In this document: positions 50,936 to 60,631 of the stretch, one piece after another
Layout of the letters: every line of letters starts with the position of its first letter
Position numbering within the stretch: position 1 is the stretch's first letter
DNA from: an uncultured Prolixibacteraceae bacterium
Lineage (GTDB): Bacteria; Bacteroidota; Bacteroidia; Bacteroidales; Prolixibacteraceae
Direction of reading: 5' to 3'
DNA: 64,000 bases
Assembly (NCBI GenBank): GCA_963747515.1
Contig: CAVVFN010000009.1
Coordinates: 234,505 to 298,504 of the forward strand
The notes under the pieces: generated by a model
Database searches by the model: none
What the model was told of the DNA's origin: nothing
What the model saw: the letters and a program-made list of their open reading frames with translations, nothing else
Position numbers and translations under genes: made by a program

Positions 50936-52036
50936 ATGAGCAGGATCATTTCTACCGGAACGGCAGTGCCAGAATATTCAGCCCCTCAGGAAAACATTCT
51001 GGGTTATATGTGCGGGGCATATAACGATGAAACGGTGTCGCGTAAGCTGCGCATATTGTTTCATTCAAGCGGCATTCGTTCGCGGTATTCGGTAGTGCCC
51101 GATTTTGGTAATCAACAAGTGGATAATCTTTTTTTTGGAAATGGAAAGCCGGATGTGGAAAAGAGAATGGATCTTTTCCGCAAAAATGCTTCTGACCTTG
51201 CTGTTGCTGCAATAAATAACCTTTTCAGTAAACTGGATACAGATATTCAATCCTTTGGAATAACTCACCTGATAACAGTAACCTGTACGGGCATATATTC
51301 CCCCGGACTGGAGACTGAAGTAATGGAAAAGTTGCTACTGCCCACTGATATTTTTCATACCTCAGTGAATTTTATGGGTTGCAATGCTGCTTTTCCGGCA
51401 CAAAAAATTGCCGATTCCTTTACCCGTTCTGATGAGAATGCCCGGGTGCTGGTGGTTTGCCTTGAATTATGTACCATACATTTTCAACCTAAAGATGATA
51501 ACGATAATTTGCTGTCGAATACTATTTTTGGCGATGGGGCTGCTGCATTATTGATGGTATCCGATAAATTGGCAAGACAGCAAAATCTGAAAGGGCTTGA
51601 GGTTAAAGGGTTCTATTCCGGAATGTTGGGTGAAGGTAAGAGTCTGATGGGCTGGAATATAAAGCCGTTAAATTTTGAAATGGTATTAAGTGCGGGTATC
51701 CCCGCTTTTATCGGGCAAAAAATAAATCACTTTATTTCTGAAACCAGCAGGAATTTGAACGTGGCTCCCGGTATGATTGATAAATGGGCAGTTCACCCGG
51801 GAGGACGAAAGATTCTTGACCAGGTTAAAGCGCAACTGGGACTGAATAATGGGGAAATGAATTATTCCTATCAGATTCTAAGGGATTATGGAAATATGTC
51901 GTCTCCTACCATTCTTTTTATCCTGAACCTGATACAGGAGCAGGAATTGAAACACGGAGAGAAAATATTGGCTATTGGATTTGGACCAGGCATCAGTGTG
52001 GATACAGCATTATATCATTATGTGGAAGAAATTTAA
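50936..52036 (+). CDS. type III polyketide synthase
   Basis: FMGCNAA (Cys), LELCTIH, FGDGAAA, WAVHPGG (His), GNMSS (Asn), GFGPG. Confidence 0.93.
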   Translation: MSRIISTGTAVPEYSAPQENILGYMCGAYNDETVSRKLRILFHSSGIRSRYSVVPDFGNQQVDNLFFGNGKPDVEKRMDLFRKNASDLAVAAINNLFSKLDTDIQSFGITHLITVTCTGIYSPGLETEVMEKLLLPTDIFHTSVNFMGCNAAFPAQKIADSFTRSDENARVLVVCLELCTIHFQPKDDNDNLLSNTIFGDGAAALLMVSDKLARQQNLKGLEVKGFYSGMLGEGKSLMGWNIKPLNFEMVLSAGIPAFIGQKINHFISETSRNLNVAPGMIDKWAVHPGGRKILDQVKAQLGLNNGEMNYSYQILRDYGNMSSPTILFILNLIQEQELKHGEKILAIGFGPGISVDTALYHYVEEI

Positions 52037-52763
52037 GCAGCGCTCTGCGCTTGATGAACTGCTTGATTCACCTGATATTCCGGAAGGTATGCTGGTAGAA
52101 AACCTGCGCGAACTTGATTTTCTAAACCGGAATACGGGAGGGCATGCTCTTAGCCTGAAAGGAATTAAAATGTTGCTGAACAATAAACGCAGGTCGTATC
52201 ATATCGCCGATTTAGGTTGTGGCAGTGGTGATACCCTGCGATATGTGGCAAGATGGGCAAGAAAAAATGGATATAAAGTAAAATTAACAGGTGTGGATAT
52301 TAACCCGAATGCCATTCAGTATCTGAAAATGATGAGCACCAGCTTTCCTGAAATAGAGGGTTATGCAGGTGATTACAGGGAGTTTTTAATGCATTCAGCG
52401 GTTGATGTTTTTCATTGTTCCTTGTTTTGCCATCATTTAAACAGTGAAGAGCTTGCAGAACTATTTGGAGACATGAATTCGTCAGCAGGAATAGGTTTTG
52501 TAATCAATGATTTGAAGCGAAGTCCACTGGCCTATTTCGGGGCGAAGATTTTTACAGCTGTCTTTCGGGGCAGCCCCTTGTCAAGGCATGACGGACCTCT
52601 CTCTGTTCTGCGAGGTTTTAAAAAAAAGGAAATTGAATTGTTGTTTAAGCAGGCAGGAGTCAGGCATTACCGGATCTTTAGGAGGCCGTTTTTTCGTTAT
52701 TTAATAGTCGGTAAAAATTCTTCTGTGACGGAAGAGGCAGACTTTCAAAGAAAAATATTATGA
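52020..52763 (+). CDS. class I SAM-dependent methyltransferase
   Basis: IADLGCGSGD motif I, GVDIN, SLFCHH, INDL.RS, D...SV.RGF; start moved to ATG 52020 (overlaps the PKS stop). Confidence 0.85.
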   Translation: MWKKFKQRSALDELLDSPDIPEGMLVENLRELDFLNRNTGGHALSLKGIKMLLNNKRRSYHIADLGCGSGDTLRYVARWARKNGYKVKLTGVDINPNAIQYLKMMSTSFPEIEGYAGDYREFLMHSAVDVFHCSLFCHHLNSEELAELFGDMNSSAGIGFVINDLKRSPLAYFGAKIFTAVFRGSPLSRHDGPLSVLRGFKKKEIELLFKQAGVRHYRIFRRPFFRYLIVGKNSSVTEEADFQRKIL

Positions 52764-54358
52764 AACAGGTTAATGGGAAAATGCCCGAAGTGCTTATTGC
52801 CGGTGCGGGGCCTACAGGGTTAATGATGGCATGTCAGTTGTCACTGTTTAACATTCGTCTGCGTATAATCGATATGAAGGTATCTCCTTCATCCTATTCG
52901 GGGGCAATGGTTATTCATGCCCGGACGATGGAAATCTTTCAGCAAATCGGGCTTGCGGAAAAGATGCTGGAACAGGGTACTGTAGTCAACGGACTTTCTG
53001 TTTATTTTAATGGGAAGAAGTCAGGCCACCTGAATCTAAAAGGAACAGGCAGCTCATTGTCAAAATTTCCTTTCATGCTGCTGCTGGAACAGTCAAAAAC
53101 TGAAGGTTTGCTCATTGAATTTCTGCGGCAGAAAGGCATCGGGGTTGAATGGGATACTGAACTTGTATCAATGGAACAACAAGAACAAGGAGTGGAGGCT
53201 GAACTCATCCTGCCTGTTGGTGACAGGGAAAAGGTAAAGGCAGAATATCTTGTAGCAGCCGATGGAGGCAAGAGTACCATCCGGTCGCTGCTAAAAATTC
53301 CTTTTGAAGGGAAAACGCATCATTCTGCTTTATCTGTTATGGAATGTGATAGCGATATAATCTCGCCTTCCAATGAACTTCTGTTTTCCTTTTCAAGGCA
53401 GGCAACTACCGGTTTTTTTCCCCTCTCCAAAGGAAACTGGAGGATTGATGCTGCTTTTCAGAGAATAAGGACAGGCAGCGGTTTATCGTTTAATGCGGTT
53501 CAGAAGAATTTTAACCGGAATACCAGGCTGAACGCCAATGTTCGTAATCCGGAGTGGTTTACCGTATTTCATTCACATGGGAAGTATGCACGCTTTTATA
53601 GAATTAACAGGTGCTTTCTTGCAGGTGATGCGGCCCATTTATTTACTCCGGTTGGCGGACAGGGGATGAATACCGGGTTGCAGGATGCACATAACCTGGC
53701 CTGGAAAATGGCAATGGTAATTAAGGGGAAGATACTGCCTGAAACTCTGGATACCTATCAGACGGAACGAAAACCTGTTGCCATCAGAACATGCCGTTCC
53801 TCCGACAGGTTTTTTAAGCTGGCAGCTTCAGGAGGCTTAGTTTACAAATTATTCAGAAGTTATCTTCTTGCTCCTTTATTGGGTGTATTTTTTAAGTTAA
53901 TGAAAGTGAAACCGATTTCTGAATCTATTTTTAAAAGAATTTCCGGAACAGGGATTTCTTATCCGGAGAATTTTCTGAATTTCGATGGATCTGAAAATAT
54001 ACTTGCAACTGCTCCCCGTCCGGGTGAGCGGATTCCTTATTTCAAATATGTCGATACTGATGGAAATGAGGTTTCAATTGATGATAAGCTGAGCAGTGAC
54101 CGTTTTCACCTGTTAATTTTTGAAGGGAACAATTCCAATAAAAAAGAACTTCAGAAAGCGGTAAAGGAATTCCGGAATACAGTATCAACTCATATTATTT
54201 CTTTAAATCAGGGTTCGGGTGATTTGTATGTTAAGTTTGGAATTAAATCACAGGGATGGTATTTGATAAGGCCTGATCTTTATATTACCTGCCGGTCGGA
54301 TGAATCGGGTGCAGAACATTTAAAAGCCTGCTTGCATCTGCTGTTTAAAATTAAATAA
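52760..54358 (+). CDS. FAD-dependent monooxygenase (PheA/TfdB-like aromatic hydroxylase)
   Basis: GAGPTG, ADGG.S..R, LAGDAAH...P.GGQGMNTGLQDAHNLAWK, Y..ER.P, C-terminal L.RPD.Y. Confidence 0.88.
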   Translation: MKQVNGKMPEVLIAGAGPTGLMMACQLSLFNIRLRIIDMKVSPSSYSGAMVIHARTMEIFQQIGLAEKMLEQGTVVNGLSVYFNGKKSGHLNLKGTGSSLSKFPFMLLLEQSKTEGLLIEFLRQKGIGVEWDTELVSMEQQEQGVEAELILPVGDREKVKAEYLVAADGGKSTIRSLLKIPFEGKTHHSALSVMECDSDIISPSNELLFSFSRQATTGFFPLSKGNWRIDAAFQRIRTGSGLSFNAVQKNFNRNTRLNANVRNPEWFTVFHSHGKYARFYRINRCFLAGDAAHLFTPVGGQGMNTGLQDAHNLAWKMAMVIKGKILPETLDTYQTERKPVAIRTCRSSDRFFKLAASGGLVYKLFRSYLLAPLLGVFFKLMKVKPISESIFKRISGTGISYPENFLNFDGSENILATAPRPGERIPYFKYVDTDGNEVSIDDKLSSDRFHLLIFEGNNSNKKELQKAVKEFRNTVSTHIISLNQGSGDLYVKFGIKSQGWYLIRPDLYITCRSDESGAEHLKACLHLLFKIK

Positions 54359-54359
54359 A

Positions 54360-54821
54360 ATGAATCAAACATCAAAACATGAAAAGAGATTTCAGTTCTG
54401 GCAGAAATGGCTTTTTTACAGCAGTATTCTGTTTGCCTTATTTGGGGTGGTATTGGCTTTATTTGGTAACAACCCCCTTTTCAAGCCTTATCACAGAATG
54501 CTTGCCCTGATTTTTTTTGATAAGGAAGCATTTCCGGAAAATACGCAGGAACTCTATACTTTCATTATGGGGCCTGTGGGTGCAAACATTGCCGGATTCT
54601 ATCTTTTGCTGGTCTATATTGCCGGGTATCCTTTTAAACGGAAGGAGCGATGGGCACGTTCGGCAATCATTGTTTCATTTGCCTCCTGGTTTATAATAGA
54701 TGCCATTGTTTCAGTATATTATGGTGTGCTGTTCCAGGTACTGGTATTGCATCTGCTTGTTTCTGTACCTCAAAAAGCTTTACCACTAATTTTCACATGG
54801 AAGGAATTTGATCTGAAATAA
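54360..54821 (+). CDS. four-TM hypothetical membrane protein
   Basis: 1 nt after the monooxygenase stop; four hydrophobic segments; WF..D...S. Confidence 0.65.
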   Translation: MNQTSKHEKRFQFWQKWLFYSSILFALFGVVLALFGNNPLFKPYHRMLALIFFDKEAFPENTQELYTFIMGPVGANIAGFYLLLVYIAGYPFKRKERWARSAIIVSFASWFIIDAIVSVYYGVLFQVLVLHLLVSVPQKALPLIFTWKEFDLK

Positions 54822-54937
54822 TATATTGGTAATTTCATAATTCTCAGGCGATGCATGAATAAGTAGGTCAAAAGAAGGGCATTTTTTAAAGAGTAACATC
54901 CATTAAACTTCTATGGGGCAGGGAAAGATTCAGTTGA

Positions 54938-54968
54938 TTCACCGGATGATAAAAAATCATCCGGTGAA
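54938..54968. terminator. 13-bp perfect hairpin between convergent genes
   Basis: TTCACCGGATGAT-AAAAA-ATCATCCGGTGAA, 11 nt past the valS stop. Confidence 0.65.
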
Positions 54969-54979
54969 AAGTTTCAGGT

Positions 54980-57607
54980 TTATTTTATTGAAGAGATTCT
55001 TTCCTCCAGTACTTTAATTTTAGCCTCCGCATCGGCTTGTTTTGCTTTTTCTTTAGCTACTACTGTTTCCGGGGCGCTGTTGACAAACCGTTCATTGCCC
55101 AGTTTTTTGAGAACTGAGTTTAAGAAACCCTTTGTATAATTCAGTTCTTCTTCCAGCTTTCTCCGCTCTTCTTTCACGTCAATAAAATCTTCGAGAGGAA
55201 TATAGAAATTGGTTGATTTTACCCGGAAGGATGCTGCTCCCTGTACCTCATCGGAAACCGTTTCGAGTGCAGAAAGATTAGCCAGTTTAATTACTACACT
55301 ATTGAAAGCTTTTTCGTAACCTTTATCTCCCTGCTGAACATTCAGCACCAGGGAATCCTTATTTGGAATACTTTTATCGGTTCTAATTTTACGGATTCCC
55401 GAAACGGCTTCCTTTACATTTTCAAAAGAGGCTAATAAATCTTTATCATACGGATTAATTTTTGGCATCTGACTGATCATGATGCTTTCTCCCTCAATCC
55501 GGGTTTTAAGCAACTGCCATATTTCTTCGGTGATGAACGGCATAAAAGGGTGCATCAGACGCAGGAGTTGGTCGAACAATTCCACCACTTCAGCATAAGT
55601 TTTAACATCGATAGGCTGTTGGTACGGAGGTTTTACTATCTCCAGCAGCCAGCCTGAGAATTCATCACGAACGGTAGTATAAATGGTCATTAATGCCTCT
55701 GAAATGCGGAACTGATTGAACTGTGAATCCAATAGCTCAACCACCTCATTTAACTTGTTGGAAAACCAGTTAACAGCCAGTTTTGAATGCTCCGGCTGTT
55801 CGGTTTCAGAAGAAACTTCCCAATTTTTCACCAGACGGAATGCATTCCAGATTTTTGTAGCAAATCCTGCACCCTGCTGTGGCAGGCTTTCATCGAAAAG
55901 CAGATCCCCTCCTGCAGGTGAACACAGCAACATGCCGACACGCACTCCATCGGCACCATATTTGGAAATTAAATCAAGCGGGTCGGGTGAATTGCCCAAT
56001 GATTTTGACATCTTTCTGCGTTGGGCATCACGCACCATACCTGTAAAATACACGTTTTTAAATGGATATTGATTTTCGTACTCATATCCGGCAATAATCA
56101 TACGCGCCACCCAAAAGAAAATAATATCGGGTGCAGTTACCAAATCTGAGGTGGGATAATAATATGCCAGTTCTTTATTCCCGGGATTGCGAATGCCGTC
56201 GAATACTGAAATTGGCCATAGCCAGCTTGAGAACCAGGTATCCAATACATCTTCATCCTGTATCAGGTCAGCCAGAGTAAGGTTACTGTTGCCGGTTTTC
56301 TCCCTTGCAATATTTAATGCCGTTTCGGCCGATTGGGCACAAACAAAGTCACCACCGGGCAGGTAGTAAACAGGAATCTGATGGCCCCACCATAACTGAC
56401 GGCTGATACACCAGTCCTTTATATTGCCCGTCCAGTGGCGGTAAATATTTTTAAATTTTGGCGGATGAAACTGAATGGTACCGTTCATTACGTTATCCAG
56501 TGCTGGCTTTACCAGATCTTCCATTTTCAGGAACCACTGCACTGAAAGTTTGGGTTCAATGGCAACATTGGTGCGTTCCGAGAAACCCACTTTATTGGTA
56601 TAATCTTCAATGTGGTCAATATTCCCTGCTTTTTCCAGTTCCGGAATGATTTTTTCCCGCACAACAAACCGGTCTTCTCCAATGAACATTTCGGCAGCTT
56701 TACTAAGTGTTCCGTCGTCATTGAATATATCAATGGAAGGAAGATTATGGCGTAACCCGATTTCATAATCGTTTATATCGTGGGCAGGGGTGATTTTCAG
56801 GCACCCTGTTCCAAAATCCATATCCACATAGCCGTCTTCAATTATTGGAATGGAACGATTGATAAGCGGCACCAGTACATGTTTCCCTTTCAGGTGAGTG
56901 AACCTTTTGTCGGCAGGATTTACACAAACAGCAGTATCGCCCAGAATGGTTTCAGGACGGGTGGTAGCGATGGTAATATATCCTTTTTCACCATCCAGTT
57001 TGTATTTCAGGTAGTACAGTTTTGATTTTACTTCCCTGTAATTTACCTCCTCGTCGGAAAGGGCGGTTTTGGCTGCCGGATCCCAGTTTACCATACGTAC
57101 TCCCCGGTAAATAAACCCTTTTTTGTATAAATCAACAAATATGCGGATGACCGATTCACTGCGGGTTTCATCCATGGTAAATGCAGTGCGATCCCAATCG
57201 CATGAAGCACCCAGCTTTTTTAACTGTTCCAGGATAATTCCCCCATGCTTATGGGTCCAGTCCCAGGCATGTTCCAGAAATTCTTCCCTGCTCAGGTCAT
57301 ATTTGTCGATTCCTTCTGCCCGTAATTTATTTACTACCTTCGCTTCAGTGGCAATGGATGCATGGTCGGTACCGGGTACCCAGCAGGCATTTTTGCCGTT
57401 CATACGTGCCCTGCGAATCAGAATATCCTGAATGGTATTATTGAGCATGTGCCCCATATGCAACACACCCGTTACATTGGGAGGAGGAATAACGATTGTA
57501 TAAGCCTCGCGTTCATCGGGTTCTGAGTGGAAAAATTTATGTTGCATCCAGAACTGGTACCATTTTTCTTCTACTTCTGCCGCGATGTATTTGCTCGGAA
57601 TTTCCAT
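54980..57607 (-). CDS. valS: valine--tRNA ligase
   Basis: [38 protein letters not shown]-terminal coiled coil. Confidence 0.97.
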   Translation of the reverse strand: MEIPSKYIAAEVEEKWYQFWMQHKFFHSEPDEREAYTIVIPPPNVTGVLHMGHMLNNTIQDILIRRARMNGKNACWVPGTDHASIATEAKVVNKLRAEGIDKYDLSREEFLEHAWDWTHKHGGIILEQLKKLGASCDWDRTAFTMDETRSESVIRIFVDLYKKGFIYRGVRMVNWDPAAKTALSDEEVNYREVKSKLYYLKYKLDGEKGYITIATTRPETILGDTAVCVNPADKRFTHLKGKHVLVPLINRSIPIIEDGYVDMDFGTGCLKITPAHDINDYEIGLRHNLPSIDIFNDDGTLSKAAEMFIGEDRFVVREKIIPELEKAGNIDHIEDYTNKVGFSERTNVAIEPKLSVQWFLKMEDLVKPALDNVMNGTIQFHPPKFKNIYRHWTGNIKDWCISRQLWWGHQIPVYYLPGGDFVCAQSAETALNIAREKTGNSNLTLADLIQDEDVLDTWFSSWLWPISVFDGIRNPGNKELAYYYPTSDLVTAPDIIFFWVARMIIAGYEYENQYPFKNVYFTGMVRDAQRRKMSKSLGNSPDPLDLISKYGADGVRVGMLLCSPAGGDLLFDESLPQQGAGFATKIWNAFRLVKNWEVSSETEQPEHSKLAVNWFSNKLNEVVELLDSQFNQFRISEALMTIYTTVRDEFSGWLLEIVKPPYQQPIDVKTYAEVVELFDQLLRLMHPFMPFITEEIWQLLKTRIEGESIMISQMPKINPYDKDLLASFENVKEAVSGIRKIRTDKSIPNKDSLVLNVQQGDKGYEKAFNSVVIKLANLSALETVSDEVQGAASFRVKSTNFYIPLEDFIDVKEERRKLEEELNYTKGFLNSVLKKLGNERFVNSAPETVVAKEKAKQADAEAKIKVLEERISSIK

Positions 57608-57645
57608 ATTATCTTCTTACTGAATTCTACCTAAAATTTGAGGTG

Positions 57646-57653
57646 CAAATGTA
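57646..57653 (-). promoter_or_regulatory. Bacteroidota -7 promoter element for valS (TACATTTG)
   Basis: Exact TAnnTTTG 39 nt upstream of the valS start. Confidence 0.55.
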
Positions 57654-57884
57654 CGAGGAAAAGTTTAATTGTAAAAGGCTGCTCCGTGACAGAAGTTTAC
57701 CTGCATTTTTTTGAACATGGTAAAGAGCAACATTTATTTGATGCCCTCGCCCTGACGCAATAAGTTGCCTATGTTCCTCTTCAATTGAAGAGGAAAAAGC
57801 ATCTGACAGGTGGCAGGGTGAGCGTTAATTTCATTTAATATGGAAAGAAATTATGTTTACAGAAACATGAACAACCCGTCTCTT

Positions 57885-57924
57885 AAAAGGAACACCGGAA
57901 GCTTTTAATCTGCTGGTGTTCCTT
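57885..57924 (-). terminator. probable intrinsic terminator of the 58007-58846 gene
   Basis: AAGGAACACC/GGTGTTCCTT 10-bp stem followed by further T residues on the minus strand. Confidence 0.55.
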
Positions 57925-58006
57925 ATTTATGGGGCAGAATTACAAAATAGAAAAGCGATGTCTGGGAATTAAACTTTGATCTATTTCAGGATGTAAACCT
58001 ATATTT

Positions 58007-58846
58007 TTATTTCCCTGGTTGGTGTTTGATTCTGCCAATGATTATTATCTTTTCAATTCCATTGCGTGTAAGGATTGCCTGGTTGTCGCAATCGCCCTCT
58101 CCGTAATTGATACTCCATGATTTATCCCCGGCATTAACCGATACGTTACCGCTTACTATCTGCCGGCAGGAATTTAAAAATACCAGAGGATTTTCTTCCA
58201 GAATGGTTTTTGTAATTGTTATCCCATCCTGCCATTCTGTAACCACTTCGCCCCATGACCTTGTAACATCATCGCTCCGGTCAGAAACTTTTCCCAATTC
58301 GTGGCTTCTGTTCATTGTACCTTTACGGTATGCCGTTTTTTCTTCAGTAGTGACGGTGATTTCTTCATTTACTTCTGAAATTCTGGTTTTATTTTCTCTG
58401 TTTAACGTTACTGTTTTAGCGATAACACCCTCAACTCCCCATCCATTTACCGAAAAGTTCTCAAATGTTTTTGTCCGGGTGGTCATAAGGTTTTCGAAGG
58501 AGGAGGAGGTGACAATGATTTTACCCGATCTGATTTTTCCGTCTTTCCCTTCACATGCATTACCAAAATCAATGATCATTTTCCGGGGGTCTGCATTTCT
58601 GTAATAGGTAACTACCGGACAAGAACCCTCTGCATTATTTCCATCCGGAGTTGCCGACTTTAACAATCCCAGCTGGTTGTCAATTACTTCTTCTGAATAT
58701 TCATCAAGATCAGCCAGTAAGTTTTCGACTTCAATTTCCTGTTCAATCACCTCAGTATTTGCCGATGGTTCAACTTCTTTTTTTTGACAGGATATCATTG
58801 TTGCTGCAAACAGCCCGGTCAACACTAACAACATTAATTTCTTCAT
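58007..58846 (-). CDS. hypothetical lipoprotein
   Basis: Lipobox TMISC; CP...IDFG..C...DG..RSGKI and I.YG.G.CD motifs of a Bacteroidota lipoprotein family; start moved to ATG 58846. Confidence 0.75.
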   Translation of the reverse strand: MKKLMLLVLTGLFAATMISCQKKEVEPSANTEVIEQEIEVENLLADLDEYSEEVIDNQLGLLKSATPDGNNAEGSCPVVTYYRNADPRKMIIDFGNACEGKDGKIRSGKIIVTSSSFENLMTTRTKTFENFSVNGWGVEGVIAKTVTLNRENKTRISEVNEEITVTTEEKTAYRKGTMNRSHELGKVSDRSDDVTRSWGEVVTEWQDGITITKTILEENPLVFLNSCRQIVSGNVSVNAGDKSWSINYGEGDCDNQAILTRNGIEKIIIIGRIKHQPGK

Positions 58847-59148
58847 AGCGCATATAAATTTAAATATTGAAAAATAGTTTTGCATAGTTAGATACCCGTT
58901 TAGCCAAAAAGTTAAATATAAATGTAATTTTTTTTTCATTAATAATTTAACTTATGATTGTTTTTATTATCTAATGGTTAAAAGAATAAGCCGGGAATGA
59001 GCCAAAATGCAGATTTGCGGTTAAATTTCTTTTGCAATTGCAACTTTTGAACCTTTCAGATGAGTACTGTTTTGAAATTTATATTAACGGGTAAAGCAGA
59101 ATTTTATCCAAAAGGTTTAATGCTGCATCTATTTAAGTAATATGAATT

Positions 59149-59185
59149 AAAAAGAGGATGCCTGCAGCTGCAGACATCCCCTTTT
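59149..59185 (-). terminator. intrinsic terminator
   Basis: Minus strand GGGGATGTCTGCA-GC-TGCAGGCATCCTC followed by TTTTT, just after the 59203 stop. Confidence 0.7.
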
Positions 59186-59202
59186 CGTATGAAAATATAT
59201 TT

Positions 59203-59931
59203 TTATTCGCCCCATACAACTTCTTTGGAAGCAAGGGAAATAAATTGAATATTGTAATCCTGATTGGCCGGCACACTGGTAGATTCATATAGAATGGCCA
59301 GTAATTCAAGCCGGTAAGTCTTGCCATTCTCGGCTTTGTTATACATATTACTCCAGCCTGGATCTGCAGTACCAAAGGAATAATCGGTTTTTGTATGGAC
59401 CAATGATGGGCTGATAAATATTTTATTATCCGATTCATTGAGTAGCCGGATAATATAAGCATCAGCGTCTTCTACTGCTGTCCAAACGACCTTCAGTTTA
59501 TCGGAAGCAAACTGAGTGGAATCTATTGTTACTGCCTCCAGTTCAAGGTTCTCGAGCTTGTCGGGTTGGGTTACAGGAGGTTCATCGTTCTGGCTGCTGG
59601 TAACTGTAAAAATATAATTTCCGGAGGGTGGCATAGAATCGGAATACTGCGTTGTTTCCGGGAAAAGGTTGAAAATATAAGGGTTGTTTTCATCCTGGTT
59701 CAATGTCCATGTTTCATCTTCGGGTCCGTTAACAGTTACCGATTCGAGTTCCTTATTCCCAAATACCCAAAAGTTAAGTCCATATTTTTCTTCTCCATCT
59801 TCAACGGTTTTCTGTATAAAAGCATCGGAAACCACGTCTAAGGCAACTGGCTCAGGATCATCAATACATGCATTAAAACTTGCGGCAACTAAAGCAAAAA
59901 TTGCTGTAAAAATTAATTTTCTGTTTCTCAT
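59203..59931 (-). CDS. hypothetical lipoprotein
   Basis: Lipobox SFNAC followed by acidic IDDPE; beta-rich Fn3/Ig-like body. Confidence 0.7.
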   Translation of the reverse strand: MRNRKLIFTAIFALVAASFNACIDDPEPVALDVVSDAFIQKTVEDGEEKYGLNFWVFGNKELESVTVNGPEDETWTLNQDENNPYIFNLFPETTQYSDSMPPSGNYIFTVTSSQNDEPPVTQPDKLENLELEAVTIDSTQFASDKLKVVWTAVEDADAYIIRLLNESDNKIFISPSLVHTKTDYSFGTADPGWSNMYNKAENGKTYRLELLAILYESTSVPANQDYNIQFISLASKEVVWGE

Positions 59932-60234
59932 ATTTCAATTTATTTATTAAAGTTATTAATTCGTTGACACATTACAACCAAAAAAGGTTGCGTAGAGAAT
60001 AAAAAAAAGTTTCTGATTTTATCCCCAAATGGAATAATCTGTAGAAGGATTACACATGGACATTAAGGCAACACCACTTTTTATCTTTCAGTTTACAAAA
60101 AGTATCTGCTGCATTTCCCTGTTAATCAGCTTAATATCAGGTATTGTAAAAATTCCATTTTCTAAAGAGGTGTTTGGAGTGGTTTTGGCACTTATCTGAT
60201 GGAATACTATTTTCAGAACATTAAAGTAAGAATT

Positions 60235-60441
60235 ATGGAAAAATTAGTAAAAGTAATTGAAGTAATTGCCACGTCCGACAAAAATTTTTCTGATGCAACC
60301 CGAAATGCAGTTGAAGAAGCCTCAAAAACTGTTAAAAACATTAAGTCGGTTTACGTTAAGGAAATGAAAGCATCGGTAGAAAACAACCAGATTGTTTCCT
60401 ACGCTGTGAATGCAAAAATTTCTTTCGAAATTGAAAGATAG
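60235..60441 (+). CDS. dodecin-like flavin-binding protein
   Basis: VKVIEVIATS...F.DA..NAV.EASKTVKNI.SVYVKE....Y.VN.KISF; start moved to ATG 60235. Confidence 0.85.
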   Translation: MEKLVKVIEVIATSDKNFSDATRNAVEEASKTVKNIKSVYVKEMKASVENNQIVSYAVNAKISFEIER

Positions 60442-60544
60442 AAAGCTGTTGTTCTGCATTCGTAATAAATTTGATTCGAAATACCCGTAATAAAGTTTGC
60501 AGCAGAACAGCAGATTTAGATTCGTGACAGGCAGCAATCACGAA

Positions 60545-60579
60545 AACTCCCTGTTAACAAAATTCGTTGACAGGGAGTT
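60545..60579 (+). terminator. probable terminator hairpin after the dodecin gene
   Basis: AACTCCCTGTTAAC-N7-GTTGACAGGGAGTT (one G-U pair) followed by AAATTTTT. Confidence 0.55.
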
Positions 60580-60631
60580 AAATTTTTATTTTTAAAGAAG
60601 AAATGAATTTAATCTCAAATGATGGCTTTCC

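Noticed and set aside
57608-57745. T-box leader for valS (also checked upstream of metG)
   Set aside because: No T-box consensus, and TAnnTTTG promoters lie about 40 nt from both start codons
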